Part shown: one piece after another, positions 28,737 through 37,052 of the stretch
Position numbering within the stretch: the first letter of the stretch is position 1
How the letters are laid out: the number at the start of each line of letters is the position of its first letter
Source of the DNA: Thermoanaerobaculia bacterium
GTDB lineage: Bacteria > Acidobacteriota > Thermoanaerobaculia > UBA5066
Assembly (NCBI GenBank): GCA_963719225.1
Contig: CAVRAY010000002.1
Location: 384,001-448,000, forward strand
Direction of reading: 5' to 3'
DNA length: 64,000 nucleotides
Made by a program: the position numbers and the translations under genes
The notes under the pieces: model-generated
Seen by the model: only the letters and a program-made list of their open reading frames with translations
What the model was told of the DNA's origin: nothing
Databases searched by the model: none

Positions 28737-29632
28737 GGAGCGGAGCTCCGGCGCGCCGTCACGAGCATCGAGCCCGAATTCGCGTAAAGGGCCGCGCGGC
28801 CCGGGGGGAGAAGGCGCGCAAACGCGCGCACGAGGCCTCCGCCGAACGGAAGGGCGTCGCCGATGCGCGAGAGAAGGAAACCTCCGGACACGTACTGGCC
28901 GCACGCGGAGAGGTGCTCGATCTCGAACTCCGGGGCGAGGGCCTCCGCGAGCGTCGACGGCGAGAAGTACGCGACGTGCTCGGGGATCTTGTAGGACACC
29001 CAGCGGCGCCCCGTCACGCGCGCGAGAAGGCTCTTCACGTTCGGCGTGGCGACGACAACCCGCCCTTCCGGCGCGAGGTGCCACGCGAGGTCCACCGCGA
29101 GCGCGCGGGGGTCGTAGACGTGCTCGATGACGTCGAAGAGCGTGATGACGTCGAAGGTCCCTCGGGGAAAGAGGCGGTCGGACAGCTTTCCGAGGCGGAC
29201 GCGGTCCGGATGGCGAGAAGACGCGATCGCGACCGCGGGCCCGGAGACGTCCAGCCCCGACGCGTCGTAGCCGAGCGCGCGCGCCGCCTCGAGGCCGGCT
29301 CCGGGACCGCACCCCACGTCGAGGAGGCGAGCGCCGGGCGCGGGAGGAGGGAGCCGCGAGAGGCGTCGGACGAACGTGCGGACGAGGAGCGGCTCCATGG
29401 AGGCATAAGAGGAGTATCCGCCCTCGGAGCCGCCCTTTTCCCAGTAGTCGTCGGATTCGTACAGGAGAGGGACGTCGCTCTCGGCGACGCGCGGGGTGAG
29501 ATAGCGCATCGAGCACGAGCGGCAGTCCACGACACGGTACGGCCCGAACGCGGCGCGCGTTCTGGCGGGAGGCGCCTCGCCGCAGAGCGGACACGTGCAG
29601 GTTTCGAGGCGGTACGGAGCGGCCGCAGGCAT
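28733..29632 (-). CDS. Class I SAM-dependent methyltransferase with N-terminal CxxC/CxxC
   Basis: CPLC, CRSC, LLDVGCGPG, FDVITLFDVIEHV, PEHVAYFS. Confidence 0.9.
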   Translation of the reverse strand: MPAAAPYRLETCTCPLCGEAPPARTRAAFGPYRVVDCRSCSMRYLTPRVAESDVPLLYESDDYWEKGGSEGGYSSYASMEPLLVRTFVRRLSRLPPPAPGARLLDVGCGPGAGLEAARALGYDASGLDVSGPAVAIASSRHPDRVRLGKLSDRLFPRGTFDVITLFDVIEHVYDPRALAVDLAWHLAPEGRVVVATPNVKSLLARVTGRRWVSYKIPEHVAYFSPSTLAEALAPEFEIEHLSACGQYVSGGFLLSRIGDALPFGGGLVRAFARLLPPGRAALYANSGSMLVTARRSSAP

Positions 29633-29796
29633 CGGGTGCTCTCCGATCGATAGGATACCGGTGACGATGCACGCGGGCGGCCCGGCGGCGTCTTGGCGGT
29701 GCCCTTGGTATCATGCGTCTGCATTCGGAAACGAGGCCGGAAACGCGGAAAGGCCCGCTCGGGACGCGTTTCGGGAGTTCGCGAGGAGTTACGAAG

Positions 29797-30309
29797 ATGA
29801 CGAAGAGATGGCGCTTTTTTCCGGTCGCTCTGTGTGTTCTTTTCGTGGCCTGCGGGAAATCCCCCGAGGCGCCCGGTAAGGGCGGTCCCGCGACCGCCGG
29901 GAAGCCGGCGGCGACCCTTGAAACCTCGACGCCGGCCCCGGAAGCGCCGAAAGGCATCTATATGACGAAGTTCCGCTTCGGCTTGTCGGCCGGTCCGGAT
30001 GGCATCGTCATCTCGGAGACTCGTACCATCCAGCCGGGAGAGGCGATCTTCGCCTCGTTCGAGATCCCGAACGCTCCCCCGGGCTCGAAGGTCTTGGCCG
30101 CGTGGGTCCTCCTTCCGGACAGGAAGCCGCTCTCGCGCCAGGAAGCGCCGATCACGCCGGACAAGCCGGCCGTCGCCTTCAAGGCCGACTCGAAGGGCTG
30201 GCCGATTGGCGACTACGAACTGGAGATGTCTCTGGCCGAAGCGGGAAAAGATAAGCCGACGCTGGTGGGAACCGCGCAGTTCAAGATCGTCAAGGACAAG
30301 CTGAGGTAG
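29797..30309 (+). CDS. Lipoprotein, hypothetical (Ig-like beta domain)
   Basis: GAGGAG RBS, lipobox LFVA-C, Pro/Ala linker, GWPIGDYELEM. Confidence 0.8.
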   Translation: MTKRWRFFPVALCVLFVACGKSPEAPGKGGPATAGKPAATLETSTPAPEAPKGIYMTKFRFGLSAGPDGIVISETRTIQPGEAIFASFEIPNAPPGSKVLAAWVLLPDRKPLSRQEAPITPDKPAVAFKADSKGWPIGDYELEMSLAEAGKDKPTLVGTAQFKIVKDKLR

Positions 30310-30392
30310 CGTGACCTAGGCCACAGGTTTGCGTCGTCACGGCGGCCGGGCGGAATATCCTTGCCGAGACGAAGTCTTCTTTTCTGGATGAG

Positions 30393-30893
30393 ATGATGGT
30401 GACGCGCCGGACCTTCACGCTCGCCGCGATCGGGACGGCCCTCGCCGCCGCGTCCTCGGTCGCGGGCGCCGCGCTCGCGTTCGCCCTGGGCCCGCTACGC
30501 GGCCGAGGACGGCAGGAGCAGGAGTTTCTGGACCTGGGCCCGGTGACGGCATTCGAGGCGCTCCGCGCCGGGACCTCGGGGCCCGAAGAAGTCGTCGCCG
30601 AAAGGACCGTCCAGGACGGCTACATGACGCGCCGCGTGAAGGAGCGCTTCGCGATCGTGAGGGACCCGAAAGAGGCGTCGGGCCTCGCCGCACTCGGCAC
30701 GACGTGCAGTCATCTCGGGTGCGGCGTGTCGTGGAACCGGGTGCGCAAGGCCTTCCTCTGCCCCTGCCACGGCGGCGTGTACGGGCCGGGCGGCGAGGTG
30801 CTGGCCGGGCCTCCGCCGAAACCGCTCACGCGCCTGCCTCTCGTCGTGTCGGGCGGACGCCTGCAGCTCGACGCGGCGGCTCTCGACGCGTGA
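30393..30893 (+). CDS. Rieske 2Fe-2S subunit of a Rieske/cytochrome b complex
   Basis: Tat motif TRRTF, CSHLGC and CPCHGG, GPPPKPL. Confidence 0.93.
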   Translation: MMVTRRTFTLAAIGTALAAASSVAGAALAFALGPLRGRGRQEQEFLDLGPVTAFEALRAGTSGPEEVVAERTVQDGYMTRRVKERFAIVRDPKEASGLAALGTTCSHLGCGVSWNRVRKAFLCPCHGGVYGPGGEVLAGPPPKPLTRLPLVVSGGRLQLDAAALDA

Positions 30894-32506
30894 AAAAGCT
30901 CCTGGAGTTTCTCGAGTCGCGAGGTGGCCTCACCTCGCTCTGGCGAAAGTTCGCCGACGAGCCCGTGAGCGTGCGGCGCGCGTGGCTCTTCACGCTGGGC
31001 TCCGCGGCGCTCGCCGTGTTCCTCGTCCAGTTCGTGACCGGCTTCGCGCTCGCACTCGCGTACGCGCCCACGCCGGACCACGCCTGGGAAAGCGTGAAGG
31101 CGATCCAGACGCGCCTCTTCGCGGGAGGGCTCGTGCGCGGCCTTCACCACTGGGGCGCCTCGGCGATGGTCGTCTTCGCCGTCCTTCACATGGCGCGGAC
31201 GTTCGTCTACGGAGCGTATCGGAAGCCGCGCGAGCTGAACTGGCTCGTGGGCCTCGCGCTCCTGGTCCTCGTTCTCGGATTCGGCTTCACGGGCTATCTC
31301 CTCCCGTGGGACCAGAAGGCGTACTGGGCGACGGTCGTCGGGACGAAGGTGCCGGAGGCCCTTCCGGTCCTCGGGCCGGCAGCCTCGCGCCTCATGGCCG
31401 GCGGACCCGCGGTGGGCGCGGCGACGCTGACGCGCTTCTACGCGCTCCACGTCGTCCTGCTTCCGGTTCTCGCGTTCGCTTTCATCGCCGTCCACCTCCT
31501 CCTGCTGCGCAAGCACTCTCACGCGGGACCGGCCGCGGAGCCCGATCCGAGAGAGCCGTTTTTCCCGTACCAGGCGGCCCGCGACGGCGTCGTGATCCTC
31601 GCGGTCGTCCTCGCGCTCTTCTGGCTCGCGGCGCGGCATCCCGCCCCGCTCGAAAGGCTGGCCGATCCCACCGACACGACGACCGTGCCCCGCCCCGAGT
31701 GGTACTTCCTGCCGCTCTTCCAGCTGCTGAAGATCTTCAAAGGCCCGCTGGAGCCGATCGGCACCGCGGTTCTGCCCGGCCTTTCGATCCTCCTCCTCGC
31801 GCTCGTGCCGTGGCTCGACCGGGGCGCCTCACGTCGCTTCCCGGACCGAAAGCCCGTCCTCGTCTTCGGGGGCCTCGTCGCGGCCTGCCTTCTCTCGCTC
31901 CTCGTCTTCGGAGCCCTCGACGCGCCGAAGGCGCCGCGCTCGGGTCTCGAGGCCGGCTCCGAGGGGCCGCCCGACCCGCGCCTCCTCGGCGGCCTCGCCT
32001 CCTACGAGAGGCGCGGCTGCGCCTCGTGTCATGGAGTGGACGGCCGGCCCGCGGCGAACGCGCCTCCGAACGCACTCGGCCTCGCCGCGCGCGCACACGT
32101 CCTGGGCGGCGACGCGCTCGTCGCGCACGTGAAGGCGAAGAGTCCGAAGCCGGCCGCCGGCGACGAGGACGGAGAAAACCCCGACAAGGACGTGCCGTCT
32201 CTCCTCACGTACCTCGAGGCGGTCTCGCGGGACGGCGTCAAGCTCTCCGCGCTGCCCGGGCCGATCCGCGTCGGCGGCGCCGCGATCGACCGCGAGGACT
32301 GCCGGCAATGTCACCAGCTCTACGGGGAAGGCGGCCGGCGGGGGCCCGTGCTCCAGCATCTCCTCGGCAAGCGCGACAAGGACTGGCTCGTCGAGCACTT
32401 CAAGGAGCCGAAGAAGGTCGTGCCGGGCTCGAAGATGCCGCCGTTCAGGTTCCTGCCCGACGCCGAGCTCCAGGCGATGTCCGACTATCTCCTCGCACTG
32501 CCGTGA
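30890..32506 (+). CDS. Cytochrome b (b6 + subunit IV fused) with two C-terminal c-type heme domains
   Basis: RGLHHWGAS, GFTGYLLPWDQKAYWAT, TRFYALH, PRPEWYF; CASCH and CRQCH, PGSKMP; GTGA overlap. Confidence 0.93.
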   Translation: MKKLLEFLESRGGLTSLWRKFADEPVSVRRAWLFTLGSAALAVFLVQFVTGFALALAYAPTPDHAWESVKAIQTRLFAGGLVRGLHHWGASAMVVFAVLHMARTFVYGAYRKPRELNWLVGLALLVLVLGFGFTGYLLPWDQKAYWATVVGTKVPEALPVLGPAASRLMAGGPAVGAATLTRFYALHVVLLPVLAFAFIAVHLLLLRKHSHAGPAAEPDPREPFFPYQAARDGVVILAVVLALFWLAARHPAPLERLADPTDTTTVPRPEWYFLPLFQLLKIFKGPLEPIGTAVLPGLSILLLALVPWLDRGASRRFPDRKPVLVFGGLVAACLLSLLVFGALDAPKAPRSGLEAGSEGPPDPRLLGGLASYERRGCASCHGVDGRPAANAPPNALGLAARAHVLGGDALVAHVKAKSPKPAAGDEDGENPDKDVPSLLTYLEAVSRDGVKLSALPGPIRVGGAAIDREDCRQCHQLYGEGGRRGPVLQHLLGKRDKDWLVEHFKEPKKVVPGSKMPPFRFLPDAELQAMSDYLLALP

Positions 32507-33291
32507 CGAACGTCCGGATCGCGCTCGCGAACCTGAGGTACCCGGCGACGCCGGAGCAGTCGGTGGAGCTCGCCGAAGAGGCCATCGCACGCGCGTCGGA
32601 GCGCGGCGCGGCGGTCGTCTGCTTCCCCGAGTGCTATGTCCCGGGCTATCGCGGGCTCGGCAAGTCCCCGCCTCCACCCGACGCCGCCTTCCTCGGGCGG
32701 GCGGCGACGCGTGTGGCCGCCGCGGCCGCGAAGGCGCGCGTGGCCGTCGTTCTCGGAACGGAGCGGCTGGACGGAGACGCGCTCCTCGCGACGGCGCTCG
32801 TCGTCGGGAAGGACGGGACGCGTCTGGGCTATCAGGACAAGGTGCAGGTCGACCCCTCCGAGGACGGCATCTACACGCCCGGCACCTCGCGCCGCGTCTT
32901 CACCGCGGGAGAGCTCACGTTCGGCGTCGTGATCTGTCACGAGGGTTGGCGATACCCCGAGACCGTGCGCTTCGCGGCGCGGAAAGGTGCGCAGGTCGTC
33001 TTCCACCCGCATCTCGAGCTGGGCGGACCGGGCGGCGTCGCGCCGAGGACCTTCGCGGACAGTGCGAACACGTTCCACGAGAAGGCGCTCCTCTGCCGCG
33101 CGGCAGAGAACACGTGCTTCATCGCGTCCGTGAACTACGCGGCGGCCGGCTCGGCGACGACGTCGGCCGTCGTGAATCCGGACGGCACCCTCCTCGCGCA
33201 CTTCCCGTATGGCGAAGAGGGGTTGCTCATCGCCGACCTCGACCTCTCCCTCGCGACCGGCTTGCTCGCGTCGCGCTACAGAGCCGTCTAG
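32503..33291 (+). CDS. Carbon-nitrogen hydrolase (nitrilase superfamily)
   Basis: CFPEC (Glu), QDK (Lys), ICHEG (Cys), RAAEN; GTGA overlap with cytochrome b. Confidence 0.9.
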   Translation: MTNVRIALANLRYPATPEQSVELAEEAIARASERGAAVVCFPECYVPGYRGLGKSPPPPDAAFLGRAATRVAAAAAKARVAVVLGTERLDGDALLATALVVGKDGTRLGYQDKVQVDPSEDGIYTPGTSRRVFTAGELTFGVVICHEGWRYPETVRFAARKGAQVVFHPHLELGGPGGVAPRTFADSANTFHEKALLCRAAENTCFIASVNYAAAGSATTSAVVNPDGTLLAHFPYGEEGLLIADLDLSLATGLLASRYRAV

Positions 33292-33547
33292 AGATTTCTC
33301 TCGAAAATCGTGCTCCGTTCGTCGTTTAGCTGATCTCGTCGTTTGGTATCCTGAAAAAGAGTTCCCCGTGAACGCCGCGATGATCCACCGGCACGAGGTG
33401 ACGCCGTTCGCGACGGGGTCCTCCTCTGCCGGGGGAAAGCTCGGATTGAAGCTGGCTTTCTTGAATGCCAGCGCGCCACGGGCGACATCATCGGGCCGGA
33501 GAGCGAGAGCTGAAAGCCCATTCAAGAGGTTGGAACGCTGAGCAGCG

Positions 33548-35455
33548 CTACTTCTCCGTGAAGCTCTTGAGGTCGAGCCGCTGCACGAGGTGGCGGCGGA
33601 ACTCCTCGGGCGGAAGCGACGCGACCTGGCGGCCCTCGTGGTGCTCGATCGCGGCGAGCACCTTCTCCCAAAGGAACTCGCGGCGGGCGATCTCGTCGAG
33701 GTCGCGCACCTTGCCGAACTCCTGGACGTACTTGTTGTGGCGGCAGAGCATGCGGAAAGCGTGCTCCGTGTTCGGCCTACGGACGGGAAGGCCGAGGATC
33801 CTCACGTCGTTGCCGACGTCGTGGATCGGCTGGCCCCACTCGCCGTATCCGCCGAAGATCGTGCCGAGCTTCTCGAGCGCGTTCGCGAGCTTCGGCTCGC
33901 CGCCCCTCTCGAGCGCCGTTTTCACGATCGGCAGCGTGATGTTGCGGAAGAGCGTGGGATCGGCGAGCCGCACGTTGATCCCGATCTCCTCGCGCGTGAT
34001 GCGGGCGATGTCCTCGGACCGGATGCGGTTGTCCGTCGCGAGGTGGATCCGCTCGCCGATCGACGCCGGCACCGTGAGGGCCGCGAGGATGCCCTGGACG
34101 ACCCTGTCCACGGGGACGAGGTTCAGCTCGGCCGACGCGTCGCCGGGAAAGCTCGACGCGATCGCGCCGATGAGCCAGGCCTTGCCGCGGCCCACCGCGT
34201 CCGCCTGCAGCGCGTCCATCGCCTCCTTGGAGCGTCCGAACGCGTTGATGGGCGCGTTCACGACTTTCGTGTCACCGCGGTTGTTTCCGGTCTTCGAGTG
34301 GCCGATGACGATCGAGGGCAGGAGCTGCGACACGCGGAGGCCCTTGTCGACGAGCGTGTAGTCGGTCTCCAGGGACGCCATTGCCTTCGTGAGCTCGTAG
34401 AAGTTGTTGTAGAAGTTCCGCGGAAAAACCAGCGCCGACTCCTGGGCGGTCGTCTTCTTCTTCCGCCCGTGAATGTAGGACGTCTCGATCGCGATGTGCT
34501 GGATGAACTTCGAGCCCTTCGCCTGCTGGAGAGAGAGCGCGAACTGGAGCGCGTTGCGCGCGCCCTGCACGTTCGCGCGGAAGGAGTTCTCGTAAGAGTC
34601 GTCGAAGGAGACGCTCGCGGCGCAGTGCACGACGTGCGTGAGCGTCTTTCTCAGACGGGCGAGCTCCTTCGGCGCGATGCCGAGTTCGGCCTTCTCGATG
34701 TCGCCGTCGACGAAGACGAACTTCCTGGCCTTGGCGCCGGAGATATGGAGGCGCCGGAGGAGAACGGCTCCACGCTGCGCCGGCGAGAGGATTCTCACGA
34801 CCGCCTTCGTCTTCGGATCGCGAACCTTCTCGGGCCGCACGACGGACACGACGCGCTCGATGCGGCGGTCTCCCGCGGCCTGGGCGAGGAACTCCTTGCC
34901 GAGAAATCCGGTCGCGCCCGTCAGCAACACCTGCAGCCGCGGGCTTCGTCCGCGCGCGCGCAGGAGGACGCGGGCCTCCTTCTGGAGCTTCTCGATGCGT
35001 GCCTTGACCTCTTTCTCGGAAAGATGCGACGCCTCACGGAACTTGAAGAAGACGTCCCGGTCCGTGACCCCGATGAGGTTCTTCGCGCTCTTTTCCACGG
35101 CCTTGCTGCCCGTGGCCGATCCGATGGCCTCGGCGAGCTTGATCCCGAGAAGGTTCACTTTTCTCAGGCCGTCCTTCACGGCGTTCTCGTTGCCGGTCCA
35201 CTGGATCAGGCGGCTCGCGAGATATTGGGCCGTGACGTCGATCGGATTCTTGTCGCGGTGCGCGTGGACGAGGAGGTCGTCCGGGTCGATCGGCCGGAGG
35301 ACCTCCTTGCCGGTCGAAAAGCTCACTTTCGCGATGTAGCGCGACGGTGAACTCTCCCACAGCATTTCCCCCTTGGGGTTGATCGTCGGCGAGATCTCGC
35401 GGGGAGGCGTTCCGTCGGACCCGGGGCCCGGCGGGGCAGACTTTGTCTCGGGCAT
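33548..35455 (-). CDS. Extended SDR / fatty acyl-CoA reductase-like (NAD_binding_4) protein with long N-terminal extension
   Basis: GGAGGAG RBS before ATG 35455; VLLTGATGFLG, HCAASVSF, NFYELTK (YxxxK), PSIVIG, NLVPVD. Confidence 0.85.
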   Translation of the reverse strand: MPETKSAPPGPGSDGTPPREISPTINPKGEMLWESSPSRYIAKVSFSTGKEVLRPIDPDDLLVHAHRDKNPIDVTAQYLASRLIQWTGNENAVKDGLRKVNLLGIKLAEAIGSATGSKAVEKSAKNLIGVTDRDVFFKFREASHLSEKEVKARIEKLQKEARVLLRARGRSPRLQVLLTGATGFLGKEFLAQAAGDRRIERVVSVVRPEKVRDPKTKAVVRILSPAQRGAVLLRRLHISGAKARKFVFVDGDIEKAELGIAPKELARLRKTLTHVVHCAASVSFDDSYENSFRANVQGARNALQFALSLQQAKGSKFIQHIAIETSYIHGRKKKTTAQESALVFPRNFYNNFYELTKAMASLETDYTLVDKGLRVSQLLPSIVIGHSKTGNNRGDTKVVNAPINAFGRSKEAMDALQADAVGRGKAWLIGAIASSFPGDASAELNLVPVDRVVQGILAALTVPASIGERIHLATDNRIRSEDIARITREEIGINVRLADPTLFRNITLPIVKTALERGGEPKLANALEKLGTIFGGYGEWGQPIHDVGNDVRILGLPVRRPNTEHAFRMLCRHNKYVQEFGKVRDLDEIARREFLWEKVLAAIEHHEGRQVASLPPEEFRRHLVQRLDLKSFTEK

Positions 35456-35500
35456 CGGCTCCTCCGAAAAGAGGACGGTCATTGTAGTCCCCGAGGCGCG

Positions 35501-36226
35501 TCAACTCAGGGCTGCGACGAAGGCGGAAGCGGCGAGCGCGACCGCGAGGGCCGCGTCGTTTCCGGCCTCGAGGTAAAGCGTGGCCGAGGGATCGGTCACG
35601 ACGGCGAGAGAGCCCGCGCGAACGAGCTTCGCCTCTTCGCCGTCCACGAGAGTGATCTTGCCGGAGAAGACGGCGATCGCGCGAACGCCGCGGAACGCCC
35701 ATCGCGCCGTGGGCGGGGGACCGAGGCGCAGAACGGCCAGGCCCGCCTCGGGCAACTGCGCGAGCGTTCGCATGCCCGTGATACCCGGAACCGCCCGTCC
35801 GCCGAGGTCGTCCCTCCTGATGTGGCGTCCGCCTTTGGGAGACGTTCTGCAAATTTCTTCGAGTGGAAGAGAGGGGGATGGGGCGCCGGGGGACGCCAAG
35901 GCCGCGAGAGCGGCAGCCGTCCAGACGAGGACGTCGCCGGCGGCGAACACGCCGCCACCCGTGAGCACGAGCAGCGCCCCTGAACGACGTTCTCCTTCCC
36001 CCTCTTCCCCTTCCAAGAAAAATCCACCGTATCCCTCGTCGAGACGCAGCAGGTTTTGAGCTGGCAAGTCTTCGAACCTGTATACCGAAATGCCCGGCGC
36101 GTGCGCGGTCGGCGCCGGAGGCGGCACGGGGCCACGGCGCTCGTCGTCGGAAGGAATGTCCTTCGCGCGAGGGGGCGGCTCCTTCTCCTTCCTCGCGCTC
36201 CGCGCTTTGCCGAATGGCCAGTTCAC
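35501..36226 (-). CDS. Hypothetical protein, possible C-terminal cupin-like fold
   Basis: Fills the gap co-directionally; AVFSGKITL...LVRAGS.A resembles a cupin; -10-like TAGAGT 6 nt upstream. Confidence 0.6.
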   Translation of the reverse strand: MNWPFGKARSARKEKEPPPRAKDIPSDDERRGPVPPPAPTAHAPGISVYRFEDLPAQNLLRLDEGYGGFFLEGEEGEGERRSGALLVLTGGGVFAAGDVLVWTAAALAALASPGAPSPSLPLEEICRTSPKGGRHIRRDDLGGRAVPGITGMRTLAQLPEAGLAVLRLGPPPTARWAFRGVRAIAVFSGKITLVDGEEAKLVRAGSLAVVTDPSATLYLEAGNDAALAVALAASAFVAALS

Positions 36227-36265
36227 TCGGGAACTCTAGCGCGGCGCCGCCGGAACGGTCGAGAG

Positions 36266-37018
36266 TCAGGAGCCGAGGCGGTCGTGGAGACGCTGCGCTC
36301 CGGTCCGGCTCACGGGAAGCCGCGTGCCGTCCAGGAGCACGGCCGTCGGCGCGCCCGTCCGGGACGGCTCGAGCCGGGCGAGGCGATCGAGATTCAGGAG
36401 GTACGACCGGTGGATCCTCACGAATCGCTCGTTGGGGAGTGCGTCCTCGAGGCTCGCGAGCGTCTGGTTCTTGAGATGGTTTCGTCCCTCGGCGCGGAGG
36501 AGGACGTAGTCGTCCTCGGCTTTCACGTAATCGATCTTCGAAACGGGAAGGACCGTGACCGTGACACCGTCCTTCACGACGACACGGGAAAGAGGGGCGC
36601 CCCGGGGAACGGAACGGTCGCCACCCGGGGCGCCGCCGGAGGCGAGCCGCGCGCGGGCGCGCGCGAGCGCCGTCTCGAATCGCGCACGGTCGAAAGGCTT
36701 GAGAAGGTAGTCCACGGCGTTCTCGTCGAACGCCTTCAGCGCGTACTGGTCGTACGCCGTGATGAAGATGACGGCGGGCCGGCCCGCGTCGTCGCGCTCG
36801 ATGAGCTCGAGGACCTCGAAACCGTCGAGCTCGGGCATCTGGACGTCGAGAAAGAGGAGATCGGGCTTCTTCTCGGCGACGGCTTTCACGGCTTCGAAGC
36901 CATTCGCGCACTCGGCGAGGATCGTCACGTCCGCGTGCGCGGCGAGGAGCTGGCGCACGAGCGAGCGGGCGAGCTCCTCGTCATCCACGATCACGGCGCC
37001 GAGCGGGCGGGAGGCCAC
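36266..37018 (-). CDS. LytTR-family response regulator
   Basis: IVDDEELAR, FLDVQMP, FITAYDQYA, DYLLKP, RIHRSYLLN. Confidence 0.95.
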   Translation of the reverse strand: MASRPLGAVIVDDEELARSLVRQLLAAHADVTILAECANGFEAVKAVAEKKPDLLFLDVQMPELDGFEVLELIERDDAGRPAVIFITAYDQYALKAFDENAVDYLLKPFDRARFETALARARARLASGGAPGGDRSVPRGAPLSRVVVKDGVTVTVLPVSKIDYVKAEDDYVLLRAEGRNHLKNQTLASLEDALPNERFVRIHRSYLLNLDRLARLEPSRTGAPTAVLLDGTRLPVSRTGAQRLHDRLGS

Positions 37019-37052
37019 GGAACGAATATATCCGGGACCTCCCGCCCGAGGA

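Noticed and set aside
30310-30326. CGTGA...CCACA as a CRP/FNR site before the Rieske operon
   Set aside because: The spacer is 7 rather than 6 and the half-sites are imperfect.
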